From Bacteroidales bacterium UBA6377 (GTDB taxonomy: Bacteria; Bacteroidota; Bacteroidia; Bacteroidales; UBA932): a stretch of 64,000 bases of DNA. Every line of letters starts with the position of its first letter. Position 1 is the first letter of the stretch. Position numbers and translations under genes: made by a program. Shown here piece after piece: positions 38,951 through 49,128 of this stretch. Below the pieces are notes generated by a model. It searched no databases, was not told the origin of the DNA, and saw only the letters and a list, made by a program, of their open reading frames with translations. The DNA lies in the NCBI GenBank assembly GCA_002438805.1, contig DJQV01000019.1:941-64940 (forward strand). Direction: 5' to 3'.

Positions 38951-39053
38951 ATTCACCTCGAAAAAAACGATGCTGTCAGAGTCTCCTTTGTATTTTACTC
39001 AAGGTTTTTGCGGTTTATCGGAAATTACGAGAAAATATACTAACTTCGCATAC

Positions 39054-39278
39054 ATGTCAACGATGAGCAAATATCAGATTCCTTACACAAACGCCTGCAT
39101 AAGAGCGTTTGGACGTCGGTTTGCCATCAGCACAAAGGATGCTTACCTATATTTGCGCAAATTCCGGGGAATCGCATTCTTGGTTGAATTCTATGAAGCC
39201 GAGCACCTTCAATCAATAGAAGACGCAGTTGATGACCTCATCATCTATTGCCGGAACAATGGAGGATATTTGTCATGA
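39054..39278 (+). CDS. DUF3791 domain protein
   Basis: CIRAFGRRF…AYLYL..F.GI.FL.EFYEAEH.QS. Confidence 0.8.
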   Translation: MSTMSKYQIPYTNACIRAFGRRFAISTKDAYLYLRKFRGIAFLVEFYEAEHLQSIEDAVDDLIIYCRNNGGYLS

Positions 39279-39745
39279 CTCTCTACCACGGCACATTCAT
39301 GGATTTTCAGGCTATCGAATTGGGAAAATGCCGTCCATACAAAGATTTCGGCAGGGGTTTCTATCTGACTGACCTCGAAGACCAAGCCATAAAAATGGCT
39401 GAGAAGAAGGCAAAAATCTTCAACGGCTCACCAGTAATCCTAAAATATGACTTTGACGAACGGCTCCTGGCAAACGGTGAACTCAAAGTTAAGCAATTCA
39501 GCAAGCCGGGCCAGGAATGGGCGGAGTTCATATATAAAAATCGCAGCCGCTCATGCGCCTTCCAACACGATTACGACATTGTCACCGGGCCCATCGCCGA
39601 TGACGGTGTCGCTTATCTCCTTGACCGTTACGAAGAAGGCACACTCACGCGTGAGCAGCTTGCAAATGAGCTGGAATTCAGAGATCTCAACAATCAATAC
39701 TTTTTCGGAACGGAAAAGGCACTGAAACATCTCAAGCGACTATGA
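39275..39745 (+). CDS. DUF3990 domain protein (ADP-ribosyltransferase-like motifs)
   Basis: LYHGT, KDFGRGFYLT, YDIVTGPIADD, QYFF; ATGA overlap with the upstream gene. Confidence 0.85.
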   Translation: MTLYHGTFMDFQAIELGKCRPYKDFGRGFYLTDLEDQAIKMAEKKAKIFNGSPVILKYDFDERLLANGELKVKQFSKPGQEWAEFIYKNRSRSCAFQHDYDIVTGPIADDGVAYLLDRYEEGTLTREQLANELEFRDLNNQYFFGTEKALKHLKRL

Positions 39746-39960
39746 TTGAAGAAACACAAAGACAATTTCTGGCAAACTATGCCATTGACAAGCTCACAGC
39801 CTTCCTCATGGAAGACCGCAACTTCTCATTGGAGCATGCACTTGACACAATCTACGCCTCCCGAGTATATGATCTGTTACAAGACACGGCCGCCGACCTT
39901 ACGGCCGACAGCCCTGCTTACATATATGAACTCCTAAAAGATGAATTGACGGATCAGTAA
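39742..39960 (+). CDS. Small helical protein, DUF3791-like
   Basis: ALDTIYASRVYDLLQD…SPAYIYELL; ATGA overlap. Confidence 0.7.
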   Translation: MIEETQRQFLANYAIDKLTAFLMEDRNFSLEHALDTIYASRVYDLLQDTAADLTADSPAYIYELLKDELTDQ

Positions 39961-39962
39961 CC

Positions 39963-40406
39963 TTAAAACACCCCACTGCCGTCTTCGCCGTACTTCCCGG
40001 CCTTCACCTCGAAGATCACCGACGGCTCCAGCACCTCCACCGTGTGCCACACCCCGGGAGGCACCACGCAGCCAAAACGCCCAGCATCCGTGGCAAGTTC
40101 AATACGGTCAACCACACGCAACCGCCTGCCACGGACCACATCCTGCGCATCCATCCCCTTCTCAAAACCATCCCCCAGCCGCTCCTCCTCATACAACACC
40201 TCCACCAGCCTGCCGCACAGCAGCAACACATCCTCACTGCTCCGCGGATGCCTGTGAACAGGTACCTGAGTCCCGGGAAGCAAAGCGTTCAACATCCTCT
40301 GCACCCCCTCCTCCGGCGAATCCCTCAAATCCAGGTTCACGCGCCGGCGAGGACTCTCCGCCGCCCGGGCAAGCAGATCCGATAATAATTTCTCGTCAAT
40401 CACCAT
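39963..40406 (-). CDS. WbuC family cupin-fold protein
   Basis: SPRRRVNLDL, QRMLNALLPGT, HRHP, PPGVWHT, EVKAG. Confidence 0.85.
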   Translation of the reverse strand: MVIDEKLLSDLLARAAESPRRRVNLDLRDSPEEGVQRMLNALLPGTQVPVHRHPRSSEDVLLLCGRLVEVLYEEERLGDGFEKGMDAQDVVRGRRLRVVDRIELATDAGRFGCVVPPGVWHTVEVLEPSVIFEVKAGKYGEDGSGVF

Positions 40407-41430
40407 TTTTCAAAGAAGCAAGATATTCAGCGTGCAAATGATAGTACCTCCTCATAAACACCACATACGCCACGCCCAGCACAACCACCGCACCAGACAA
40501 ATATAACCAATGCGCTGAAACTGTATCCGGAATCAAAAAAGTAAACCCAAGAGAGACCAGCAGTTGCAAAACCATATAGATTGCCGAAACCAACGGATGA
40601 CTCAGCCCCAATTCGTTAGCCATCAACTGATAAGCATGTTTGCGATGCGCCTGCCCGAGATTCTCATGGAGCATAATGCGGTGGCAGATAGTAAGACAGC
40701 CGTCCACCCCATAAACTAAAAGCAACACCAGCCACGTCACATCCCCCGTCCTGGCAATCAGCATCCCGATGGCAAACAGCACTATAAAAGCCATCCCTAC
40801 GCTTCCCACATCCCCAGCAAAACACTTTGCCCTCCCACGCGGACGGAAATTGAATACCGAAAACACAAGCAGAGACAGCATCACCACCACAAGAAACGAC
40901 GGCTCGATGAAAGGCTCACGTGCATCCATAATCATCAACGGCACAATCACAGCAAGCGAATACCCGGCAGTGATACCATTGATCCCGTCCATGAAATTGT
41001 AAATATTCGTAGCCCCTACGCAGACAACCAAAGCCACAGCCACGAATGCGATCTTCGCCAACAGACTCTCCCCAAATGCAAAAGTGCCATCCCACGAAAG
41101 AAAAATCTGTCCGATCATCAGCCCCATCGCCACAAACTGCACTACAAGCCGCAACGAATCCGGAAGCGAATGCACATCATCAATGAAACTTATCCCTGCA
41201 GCAAGCGTCACAGCCGCAAGGAATAGCGGATAATGAAAGCCGAAAAATGCACACCACATCCACACCCCAAGCAGGAAGATGACTCCCCCGCCCCTCAACA
41301 CCACACTCGAATGCGACGAGCGTGCGTTGGGCCTGTCAATAATGCCAAAATGCGCCGCCAGCCGGAAATAACCCACCTCCAGCGCCAGCAGCAGCACGGC
41401 AATCACACCGTACAGCAGATATTTATTCAT
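40396..41430 (-). CDS. MraY/WecA-type undecaprenyl-phosphate sugar-1-phosphate transferase (initiating transferase)
   Basis: DRPNARSSH, RGGG, FIDD, NIYNFMDGING, FAGDVGS, AHRKHAYQ. Confidence 0.92.
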   Translation of the reverse strand: MNKYLLYGVIAVLLLALEVGYFRLAAHFGIIDRPNARSSHSSVVLRGGGVIFLLGVWMWCAFFGFHYPLFLAAVTLAAGISFIDDVHSLPDSLRLVVQFVAMGLMIGQIFLSWDGTFAFGESLLAKIAFVAVALVVCVGATNIYNFMDGINGITAGYSLAVIVPLMIMDAREPFIEPSFLVVVMLSLLVFSVFNFRPRGRAKCFAGDVGSVGMAFIVLFAIGMLIARTGDVTWLVLLLVYGVDGCLTICHRIMLHENLGQAHRKHAYQLMANELGLSHPLVSAIYMVLQLLVSLGFTFLIPDTVSAHWLYLSGAVVVLGVAYVVFMRRYYHLHAEYLASLKNGD

Positions 41431-41500
41431 AAGTTAAAAGAGCGCCCAATACAACTTAACTAAAAAGTAAAGTTTTCTTGGCAAAAACAAAGATTTAACA

Positions 41501-41508
41501 TATATTTG
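41501..41508 (+). promoter_or_regulatory. -7 box of the TAC-like triplet
   Basis: TATATTTG 18 bp before the ATG at 41527. Confidence 0.6.
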
Positions 41509-41526
41509 CACGCGACAATTGTATGC

Positions 41527-42021
41527 ATGGGGAAATTAGAACTCATACTGGAGACCGAGCAAGTCTGTATGTACTCACCAAAATACGATGGCGAGACTCA
41601 AAATGAGTTCAGAAAATTCCTCCTTGACAACCGCTCATACAAACACCCTCAACTTCAAAAATTCTTTGACGCGATACTGTCCGTAATTGAGAAAATGGGA
41701 GAGACAGGAGCATTGGAATGGTATTTTCGCCCAGAAGGAGGAAATATAAAAGCAGTTCCTATATATGTCAACATTCAGCGGACAAACAAAAAAGTCGGTA
41801 AAATGAGACTCTATTGCATTCGGTTATCTGACAAATTGCTGATTTTAGGTAACGGCGCCGTGACAACATCGCAGTCATACGAGGAAGATCCGGCCCTATT
41901 AGCTATAATAGGACAATTACGAGAAATCGAACGACAAATCAAAGTACTCACCAAACAAGCAAAGACAGATTACGAAGATTTCAATACCGTAAAAAGTATT
42001 ATTGAAACCATCACCATATAA
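41527..42021 (+). CDS. Putative RelE/HigB-like toxin
   Basis: YFRPEG…MRLYCIRLSDKLLILGNG beta-meander; sits upstream of an HTH gene. Confidence 0.6.
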   Translation: MGKLELILETEQVCMYSPKYDGETQNEFRKFLLDNRSYKHPQLQKFFDAILSVIEKMGETGALEWYFRPEGGNIKAVPIYVNIQRTNKKVGKMRLYCIRLSDKLLILGNGAVTTSQSYEEDPALLAIIGQLREIERQIKVLTKQAKTDYEDFNTVKSIIETITI

Positions 42022-42031
42022 GAGCAGTATT

Positions 42032-42415
42032 ATGAAAATTGATCCATTATTCAAAGAGTGCCTGTCCGATGTGGCACCGGATGTCCGAGCAGAAGTCCGT
42101 CTCAATATGGATATAGCAAACCGTATCTACGACCTGCTGCAAAAGAAGAACCTGACGCAGCGTGAGTTTGCCGCACTGATGGGAAAACGCGAATCCGAAA
42201 TTTCAAGATGGCTGACGGGGACGCATGGATTCACCACGTCTACTCTCGCCAAAATCTCCGCCGCACTGGGCGAACCGGTCATTGAGGTTAAGCAGAAACC
42301 AAAGACAAAATATGTCTTTATCCCCCTCAACGCCTACATTACCTCCACGGAGTCGAACGGCAAAACTTACACCAACCAAGAGACCAACTCCTGCATGATC
42401 TCTTACACAAACTAA
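42032..42415 (+). CDS. XRE/HigA-like HTH antitoxin with a low-complexity C-terminal tail
   Basis: LTQREFAALMGKRESEISRWLTGTHGFT; about 40-aa S/T/N-rich extension. Confidence 0.8.
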   Translation: MKIDPLFKECLSDVAPDVRAEVRLNMDIANRIYDLLQKKNLTQREFAALMGKRESEISRWLTGTHGFTTSTLAKISAALGEPVIEVKQKPKTKYVFIPLNAYITSTESNGKTYTNQETNSCMISYTN

Positions 42416-42421
42416 TTCATC

Positions 42422-42856
42422 ATGTCAGAAAACAATATCAACATCCAGATAAGAATAGCCTCCATCAGTGAGGTCAGTTTCATGATGTCGCCAAGCAAGA
42501 TGCCGGACGATGTCACACCGGAGTCCATCCAACTTGGGTTTTCCAGCCAAATCCAACCAGATATTGCCGACGACAGACTCGCGCTCATCTTTGGCATCAG
42601 ATACGAACTCAAGGGAGAAGTAATTCTCGACTGTGTCTACCGCTTTGAATTTGAGGTGAAATCTCTCAAACAGTTCATCAGCATAAATGAAGATGGCAGC
42701 ATTACGGTATCCAGTATCATGCCGCATCTGATCAGTGTCGCAGCAGGTACAATGCGAGGTATATTGGTAGTTAAAACTGCAGGCACCAATTTCTCAAAAT
42801 TCCCACTGCCGATGATTGACCCGGAACAGCTGACGGCTAATCTTTCTGCTCAATAG
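42422..42856 (+). CDS. SecB-like chaperone
   Basis: Four beta-strands, then helix LISVAAGTMRGIL and FPLPMIDP, the SecB-fold 'R…….F..P.LP.I' ending. Confidence 0.7.
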   Translation: MSENNINIQIRIASISEVSFMMSPSKMPDDVTPESIQLGFSSQIQPDIADDRLALIFGIRYELKGEVILDCVYRFEFEVKSLKQFISINEDGSITVSSIMPHLISVAAGTMRGILVVKTAGTNFSKFPLPMIDPEQLTANLSAQ

Positions 42857-43724
42857 ACCCAGCAGCACACACCCTCTTGAGGCTCTCCTCCAGACTTACC
42901 AGTTGATAGTCGAAAGGCATCTTCGACATTTCGGGGTCATAATAATACGTGGCGAACATCTTGTTGAGAGGTTGAAGGACAAAACTGCCAAGCCACACAA
43001 ACGGATTCAGCAGCCTGGTAATCCATATCTTATGACCTTGCGCATGCGCGAAATAACGGATGATTTCCACTGTGTCAGATAATTCCCTATTCTGAGGATA
43101 AAACGTTCCGGACAGTTGAAGATCAATGGCATGGTGGATGAACTCCGCAAGATTGTCTATATACAGCATCGAACGCCTGTTGTGCCATGCCGGGAACACG
43201 GGAGTCTTTGCGGAGAGTTTTATAAGACGTGGAAAATTCCCCTTTGAGCCTGAACCATAAATCATCGGCGGACGGAGGATGCACAGCTTGAAATCTTCCG
43301 TCTCCAATTCGTGCAATCCCCTCTCCGCCTGCAACTTGCTGTCCCCATAAAACCCGTTCGGCGCAGGTTGCGTATCAAGTCTTATCACCTCCGACTTCAA
43401 GTTTCGGCTCTCATGGAACACTATCTGGCTCGACATGAATATAAACTGCTTGACCCCACTTTTCTTAGCTTTCTCGCCAACCTCAACTGCAAGATCCCTG
43501 TTCACCTTATAGTACAACGGCTCCATCTTCGGGTCCGCATTCACATGAGCTATCCCGGCAACATGATATACAACCTCGTATTGCGAAAAATCCACATTCT
43601 TCCAGCCATCCCCTTTAGTATCCACCGCATCAATCTGATACCTCCCCGGATACACAGACAGCAAATAATGACGCACGCTCTCTCCCACGTAAGAACCCGC
43701 ACCTGTAATCAGTATTTTGGTCAT
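42837..43724 (-). CDS. NAD-dependent sugar epimerase/dehydratase
   Basis: ILITGAGSYVG, HVAGIAH, YGDSK. Confidence 0.9.
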   Translation of the reverse strand: MTKILITGAGSYVGESVRHYLLSVYPGRYQIDAVDTKGDGWKNVDFSQYEVVYHVAGIAHVNADPKMEPLYYKVNRDLAVEVGEKAKKSGVKQFIFMSSQIVFHESRNLKSEVIRLDTQPAPNGFYGDSKLQAERGLHELETEDFKLCILRPPMIYGSGSKGNFPRLIKLSAKTPVFPAWHNRRSMLYIDNLAEFIHHAIDLQLSGTFYPQNRELSDTVEIIRYFAHAQGHKIWITRLLNPFVWLGSFVLQPLNKMFATYYYDPEMSKMPFDYQLVSLEESLKRVCAAGSIEQKD

Positions 43725-43726
43725 GG

Positions 43727-44851
43727 TTAACTCTGAATCAATTCTTGATAAATAGCCAGATGTTTTTCCTTTACAGTCTCTATATCAAAATATTTTTCCG
43801 CATACTCTCTCGAATTTCTGCCCATTTTCACTCGCAGGTCTTTATCCCCAATAAGCACATCTAATTTTTCAGTCAAAGCATCAACATCCTTTGGTTCAAT
43901 CAAAAAGCCGTTATATCCATCAATTACAGCTTCCTTGCACCCAACTGAATTACTTGTGATTATCGGGCGTCCTACAGCATTTGCCTCAATGAGAGATTTA
44001 GGCAAGCCTTCCATATAGTAAGAAGGAAATGCCACAATGTGACAGGCTTTCAACAAGTCACGCACATCTGCCCTATATCCCAACCATTTGATATACTTTC
44101 CATCACACACGGCATCCATCTGTTCTTTTGTTATGGCATCCGGATGATCATCCAAGCCCCCAACCAACTGAAATTCTATAGAATCACCATACCTCGCGCG
44201 CAACCTCTCTGCAGCCTCCGTCAGCAAAAAGATGCCCTTCTCCACTATCATACGGGCCGTCAGAATCACTTTTATCTTTCCTTCTGACGGCTCGGGGGTG
44301 TAACAATAATCTTTCAAATCCACACCAGATCCCTTGATAAAACGCCCCTGTTCATGCCTGATGATTCTATGCCTCACATAAAGATTCCAGTCGTCATCGT
44401 TTTGAAATATGCAAAGCAAATTAGGCCGGTTGTGAGAAAAGCGAAGAGCCATCGGCATAACCATGCTCAGAAGCCCTTTATTGTCCTCGGCGAAGAAACC
44501 GCCGAGCCCGCTGATTGCATTCACTACACCATTGGCCTTGCTAAATTTAGCAGCCAACGTCCCCCATAATATGGTTTTCATCCCGACATGATGAACTACA
44601 TCAGGTTTTTCTTTTCGGTACAAATAATAAAGGAACCTAAGGGTCTTAAGTTCCTCAATAATATTCATGCCGCTTCTGCTCATCGGTAGGTCAATAACTT
44701 TCAACCCGTGCTTCTCAATCTCCTTTAGCTTACCCGTATCCGCAGTGACGATTGTCACATCCCAACCGGCATCTCTTGCCGCCAAAGCCACAGGAAGACG
44801 ATGAGACAAAAAGAACCAGTCAACATTGACGACTATAAAGAGTTTAGGCAT
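43727..44851 (-). CDS. Glycosyltransferase family 4
   Basis: [24 protein letters not shown]. Confidence 0.92.
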   Translation of the reverse strand: MPKLFIVVNVDWFFLSHRLPVALAARDAGWDVTIVTADTGKLKEIEKHGLKVIDLPMSRSGMNIIEELKTLRFLYYLYRKEKPDVVHHVGMKTILWGTLAAKFSKANGVVNAISGLGGFFAEDNKGLLSMVMPMALRFSHNRPNLLCIFQNDDDWNLYVRHRIIRHEQGRFIKGSGVDLKDYCYTPEPSEGKIKVILTARMIVEKGIFLLTEAAERLRARYGDSIEFQLVGGLDDHPDAITKEQMDAVCDGKYIKWLGYRADVRDLLKACHIVAFPSYYMEGLPKSLIEANAVGRPIITSNSVGCKEAVIDGYNGFLIEPKDVDALTEKLDVLIGDKDLRVKMGRNSREYAEKYFDIETVKEKHLAIYQELIQS

Positions 44852-45445
44852 TGTTATTCATTTTGATGATTCTAGCAGGATTCCCTGCAACTACAGCATT
44901 ATCAGGAACATCTTTGACAACTACTGCTCCGGCACCTATTACAACATTGTCCCCAATAGTTATATCCCCTATGATTGCGACATTACAACCTACGGATACA
45001 TTGTTTCCGATACGTGGTCTGTATCCATTCTTCTTACCTATCGTAACGCAATGTATACAAGAGAAATTATCTCCTATCGTCTCAGCATTCAAAATAGTTG
45101 AATATGGATGGGCAAACGTCAACCCGGCTCCAACTTTCGTTGAATATGGGATGCAAAAATACCGATCCCCCGGTCTATACCAACTTATAAGCAAAGCAAG
45201 AGCCGGCCCTATACGATAATAGAATGCACTGCGGAAGTATCTGTTATTATGCAGCTGATAAAGCAACTGCAATGCTATAGGCAACTTGACATTCAACTGG
45301 TGACTTATGGCCTTCAGATCGCTGATCATCATCTTCCTTTTACCCCCCCTACAACCATAAACGCAATAAAATGAGGGATGTAAAGCCAAAAGAAACAGGC
45401 TGCGCCTAAAAAACGAATACTGTCTCTTATTTTAAGCTTGTTCAT
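44844..45445 (-). CDS. Hexapeptide (serine-acetyltransferase-like) O-acetyltransferase, frameshifted at a G7 tract (45343-45349)
   Basis: ATG at 45445 gives [34 protein letters not shown], then a stop. The LbH domain ([19 protein letters not shown]) is in the frame restored by G8. Confidence 0.75.
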
Positions 45446-46493
45446 TGATTACTTCTTTATATACGTCCATATACTGACTTGCCACACGATGTATGTCATA
45501 TTTTGAGGCACGTTCAAGGCATCGTTTAGACAGATCTGCATATAGGCCAGAATCTGCTATCAACTCGTTAACTATTGCTGCAAGTCCCTCCGAATCTCCT
45601 CTGTGGAATACTACCCCTGCACCCGCTACAACCTGCTTTAGCCCGTCAACATCCGTTGCTATAACAGGTTTTCCACAAGCCATCAACTCAACAGCTGTTA
45701 ACCCAAACCCCTCCCAATTAGAGGATTGAATGCCGATATACGATTCTGATATCAATTCTGCCACATCTGATCTTGCTCCAAGAAATTGGATCCTATCTTC
45801 CACCCCACACTCTTTAGCCAACAATTTGCAGTGTTCCAAGTTATTTCCGCCCCCAACAAATCTAAGCACAACATCTTTTTTTATTTTTTTCATAGCACGA
45901 ATTACTGTTTCTTGATCCTTCGATGAAGCAAAACGGCTCACCATAATCAAAGAATTAGCAATTACAGGTCTATGGACAGATGCAAATCTATCCACATCCA
46001 CCCCATTATTTATAACAACAAAACGCCCATCCTTTAATTGCAGCCAATCTTGCAACGCATCCTGAGTCTGTTGACTGATACTGATAAGTTTAGCGTAACG
46101 GTTATAGATATACTTCTCAACAGATCGCATAAACCTATGCCCTCTCCGGTTATTAGACGTAGAATGTTCCGTATAAACCAAATTAACATGTAATCCTCTC
46201 GCTGCCAAGGAACAGTAATATAGTGCATGTACAAGATGGGCATGAACAATATCATATTGTCTAATAATTCGACGAACCTTGACAACTATTATTGGATCGG
46301 TATAACTTTTTACATCCAAAACAATAATTGGGACTTCAGCTTCCTGAATCTTTTCCGCAAATGCTGTTGATTCTCGCTTAAATACAAGAAGCGACACATC
46401 AAGTCCTTGCTGCTTCTGTATAGGCAAAATATCAGACAATAAGCGCTGTGCTCCACCAATTTCTAAAGAAGATATTACATGCAGAACTTTCAC
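45432..46493 (-). CDS. Glycosyltransferase family 4
   Basis: VLHVISSLEIGGAQ, NGVD, EGFGLTAVE. Confidence 0.92.
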   Translation of the reverse strand: MKVLHVISSLEIGGAQRLLSDILPIQKQQGLDVSLLVFKRESTAFAEKIQEAEVPIIVLDVKSYTDPIIVVKVRRIIRQYDIVHAHLVHALYYCSLAARGLHVNLVYTEHSTSNNRRGHRFMRSVEKYIYNRYAKLISISQQTQDALQDWLQLKDGRFVVINNGVDVDRFASVHRPVIANSLIMVSRFASSKDQETVIRAMKKIKKDVVLRFVGGGNNLEHCKLLAKECGVEDRIQFLGARSDVAELISESYIGIQSSNWEGFGLTAVELMACGKPVIATDVDGLKQVVAGAGVVFHRGDSEGLAAIVNELIADSGLYADLSKRCLERASKYDIHRVASQYMDVYKEVINEQA

Positions 46494-47218
46494 CTTTTAA
46501 CCCTCCTATAAATGAAATATAAAGAAGCTAAGGCCCTGTCCATAATGCCCTTTCTATTTACAGGTAATTCCGCAAATGAGGCGAACTCTTCTTGATGCCT
46601 GACCAAAAACTTTTCAAGGGCAACAAATTCCGCCTCATCCATAATACTCGGATGATAACAAGCACACCAAAAACCTTTTAAAGGCATCTCTCTTAATCGC
46701 CCCATCTGACAAGGGACAAATATTAATCCCCGAGAACTATACGGATTAATGGCAATAGTATCGCTGATTTTCCGAATATTCGAACATTCTTTCAATGCAA
46801 TAAGCGTATTCTCGTCAAAAGTATGACTTGGAGCAAAAAACCATTGTGGATTCAACCCATGCCCCACAAGAATTTCGAAACCATCCCGAATCTTCTGCTT
46901 CTGCACATCAAGCGAGACACCCGCAAATTCCGACCTATGCCATATAGGATTCAGACCATTCATGCCTCCCTCAGAGATACACACATGGTTATAACCATGC
47001 ATCGCAATTGCATAACCTTTATCTTGCCATTGTTTCGCTTTGTTCCAAAATTCCAAATCGGGTGCATCTATTTCCTGATCCGGATCTTCATTATGTGGTA
47101 TGATACCCACCATAGGGTGCACGCCATATTGATCAAGGATATCAAAAATTCTCTGCCACTTTGCTTTATTCATTGTCGGACAGGCATCATCCAAACGGAT
47201 TAAATACTTGTTATTCAT
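46490..47218 (-). CDS. DUF2334 / polysaccharide deacetylase-like protein
   Basis: IRLDD, MHGYNH, FFAPSH, CYHP. Confidence 0.85.
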   Translation of the reverse strand: MNNKYLIRLDDACPTMNKAKWQRIFDILDQYGVHPMVGIIPHNEDPDQEIDAPDLEFWNKAKQWQDKGYAIAMHGYNHVCISEGGMNGLNPIWHRSEFAGVSLDVQKQKIRDGFEILVGHGLNPQWFFAPSHTFDENTLIALKECSNIRKISDTIAINPYSSRGLIFVPCQMGRLREMPLKGFWCACYHPSIMDEAEFVALEKFLVRHQEEFASFAELPVNRKGIMDRALASLYFIYRRVKR

Positions 47219-47306
47219 ATATATATATTTAAGTTTGCCTATTATGAACTGAAAGAAAAGTTGTATTACGTCCGCGATGTTATCCCGCGAGATAAATAGA
47301 CTTGTA

Positions 47307-48437
47307 TCAGAATCTTAATACCTTTTTTCTTAAAATACTCCAGAAAGGCCTTTTATCTTTTTTGTCATAATAGAATAAACAGTCGCAGTTCCTAACATCT
47401 TTAATCCACTGCCATAAAGAACATTGACGTCCAATGACACTATCTTTAAAGTCTGTAAATTCTTGCATCGCCGTAAATTTGTCTTTTCTAACAACAACAT
47501 CATCAACCTCCAATTTCCCTGTCAACATTGATTTTGCCCATATTACAGGAAGATTTATGCCTTCAACTGTATGGGCATAACTCCATGTTGAATTACGGAA
47601 ATTTATTTCCAAGAAATACAGGTTGTCATTACTATCCCTTAGAAACTCCATCGAGAAAATTCCAGAATATCCTGTCTCTTTAAACATCGCCTGTATCTTT
47701 GGCAACAATCCATATTCCTTATATTTTTGGAAATAGATGTAATTTCCGTAAGCAGACGGAGTAAATCTGATATACTCTGATTGGATTGGCAAATAAACCT
47801 CTTCACCTCCATTCACACTGATACCATCAAGGCATAATTCATTCTTTTTTTCAATATACTCTTGAAGTATAATCTGCTCACCCTTGATTGTCTTATATGC
47901 CTCTTTGAGTTCCTCCTCATTTTGGCAAATATGAACATTACTTTTCCAGTCCTCCATAGTTGATATTACAGCCTTGGTTAAAACAGGATATTTTAATTTG
48001 TGAGGCATTTCACCTACTTTCAACACTTCTGTTTCCGGGATGTTAATTCCACTTTCTTTTGCCATCCTTATCATAACCTCCTTATCCATGATTTTGGTTA
48101 TACGTCCTTGCTCTCCAGCATTGAAGAAGTAGAAATGAGAGATCAACTCATTATAGTGCAGGTCAATATATGACTCAATATCATCACTACATGTATAAAT
48201 GAAAGGCTTCAGGTTTTCTTTTGAATATTTTGATATTATTAAATCATAGCCCTCCTCTATACTTTTTACTAAATGTAGTTTGCCTATATACTTGCTTTTA
48301 TTCACAAGACAAGGTTTATTATCATCGACCAAAACAACAATTGGCATAACCCCTTCTTCACCAAGACTACGAACAACACCTAATGGGTTGTAGTGATCAT
48401 GTGCAAAAACAATATGTAAATGATTCTTGTAATCCAT
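47307..48437 (-). CDS. ATP-grasp carboxylate-amine ligase-like protein
   Basis: NPLGVVRSLG, MDKE, YPVLTKA, ILQEYI, FSMEF, FLEINFRNS. Confidence 0.85.
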   Translation of the reverse strand: MDYKNHLHIVFAHDHYNPLGVVRSLGEEGVMPIVVLVDDNKPCLVNKSKYIGKLHLVKSIEEGYDLIISKYSKENLKPFIYTCSDDIESYIDLHYNELISHFYFFNAGEQGRITKIMDKEVMIRMAKESGINIPETEVLKVGEMPHKLKYPVLTKAVISTMEDWKSNVHICQNEEELKEAYKTIKGEQIILQEYIEKKNELCLDGISVNGGEEVYLPIQSEYIRFTPSAYGNYIYFQKYKEYGLLPKIQAMFKETGYSGIFSMEFLRDSNDNLYFLEINFRNSTWSYAHTVEGINLPVIWAKSMLTGKLEVDDVVVRKDKFTAMQEFTDFKDSVIGRQCSLWQWIKDVRNCDCLFYYDKKDKRPFWSILRKKVLRF

Positions 48438-48447
48438 ATATGTCCTA

Positions 48448-49110
48448 TTATAATGCGAAATCAATTCCAACAACTAAACGTGGATTCCTATTAAAAAAGT
48501 CGTTTACCCATAGGTAGATATTCCAGTTTTTTATTGAATAGTACAAACCAGCGGCCATATCCACATTTTCGTCAAATCGCCAAGAATGGATGGCACCCAA
48601 CATAGGTGTTATGCTATGGCCGTTTTTCAGAGATAAAGTATATCCTAGATACTCCCAGTTGGTATAGGTATTTTCAGTGCTGTCTTTAAAGCTATTAATA
48701 CCAAACCACGTGTTAGAACACCAAAACAGCTTTCCATCATTGGAGATCTGACCATCCATATAGACGGCACCTGTTGTATAACCGTAATTAAAGTTGTCCT
48801 CTAAATTAAAGGAAGGCGACACCTGACCACCTATACCAAACCAAGGACTAATCTTTGCGCCATAACGTACCAAGAAACTCCAATAGGCTGAACCGATGCA
48901 AGTATATAAATCTGTCCCTAACGCTAAATTGTTTCCCATACCATACTGAAAGCAAGTGTATGTTTCTTGATCATTACTACCTGGGCGCACTTTTAAAGAG
49001 TTGTAACCATATAGTTTCCCATCTCCAATAGTCCTTGCAAAATAAGGAACTTGAGCTGCAGCTTCGAATGATAAGAATGCGATAAATGATACAACAATGA
49101 TCCTCTTCAT
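48448..49110 (-). CDS. Exported, probable small outer-membrane beta-barrel protein
   Basis: Signal peptide (AAAQ), aromatic/Gly-rich alternating strands, C-terminal VVGIDFAL. Confidence 0.6.
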   Translation of the reverse strand: MKRIIVVSFIAFLSFEAAAQVPYFARTIGDGKLYGYNSLKVRPGSNDQETYTCFQYGMGNNLALGTDLYTCIGSAYWSFLVRYGAKISPWFGIGGQVSPSFNLEDNFNYGYTTGAVYMDGQISNDGKLFWCSNTWFGINSFKDSTENTYTNWEYLGYTLSLKNGHSITPMLGAIHSWRFDENVDMAAGLYYSIKNWNIYLWVNDFFNRNPRLVVGIDFAL

Positions 49111-49128
49111 ATCGTTATCACGTGGAAA

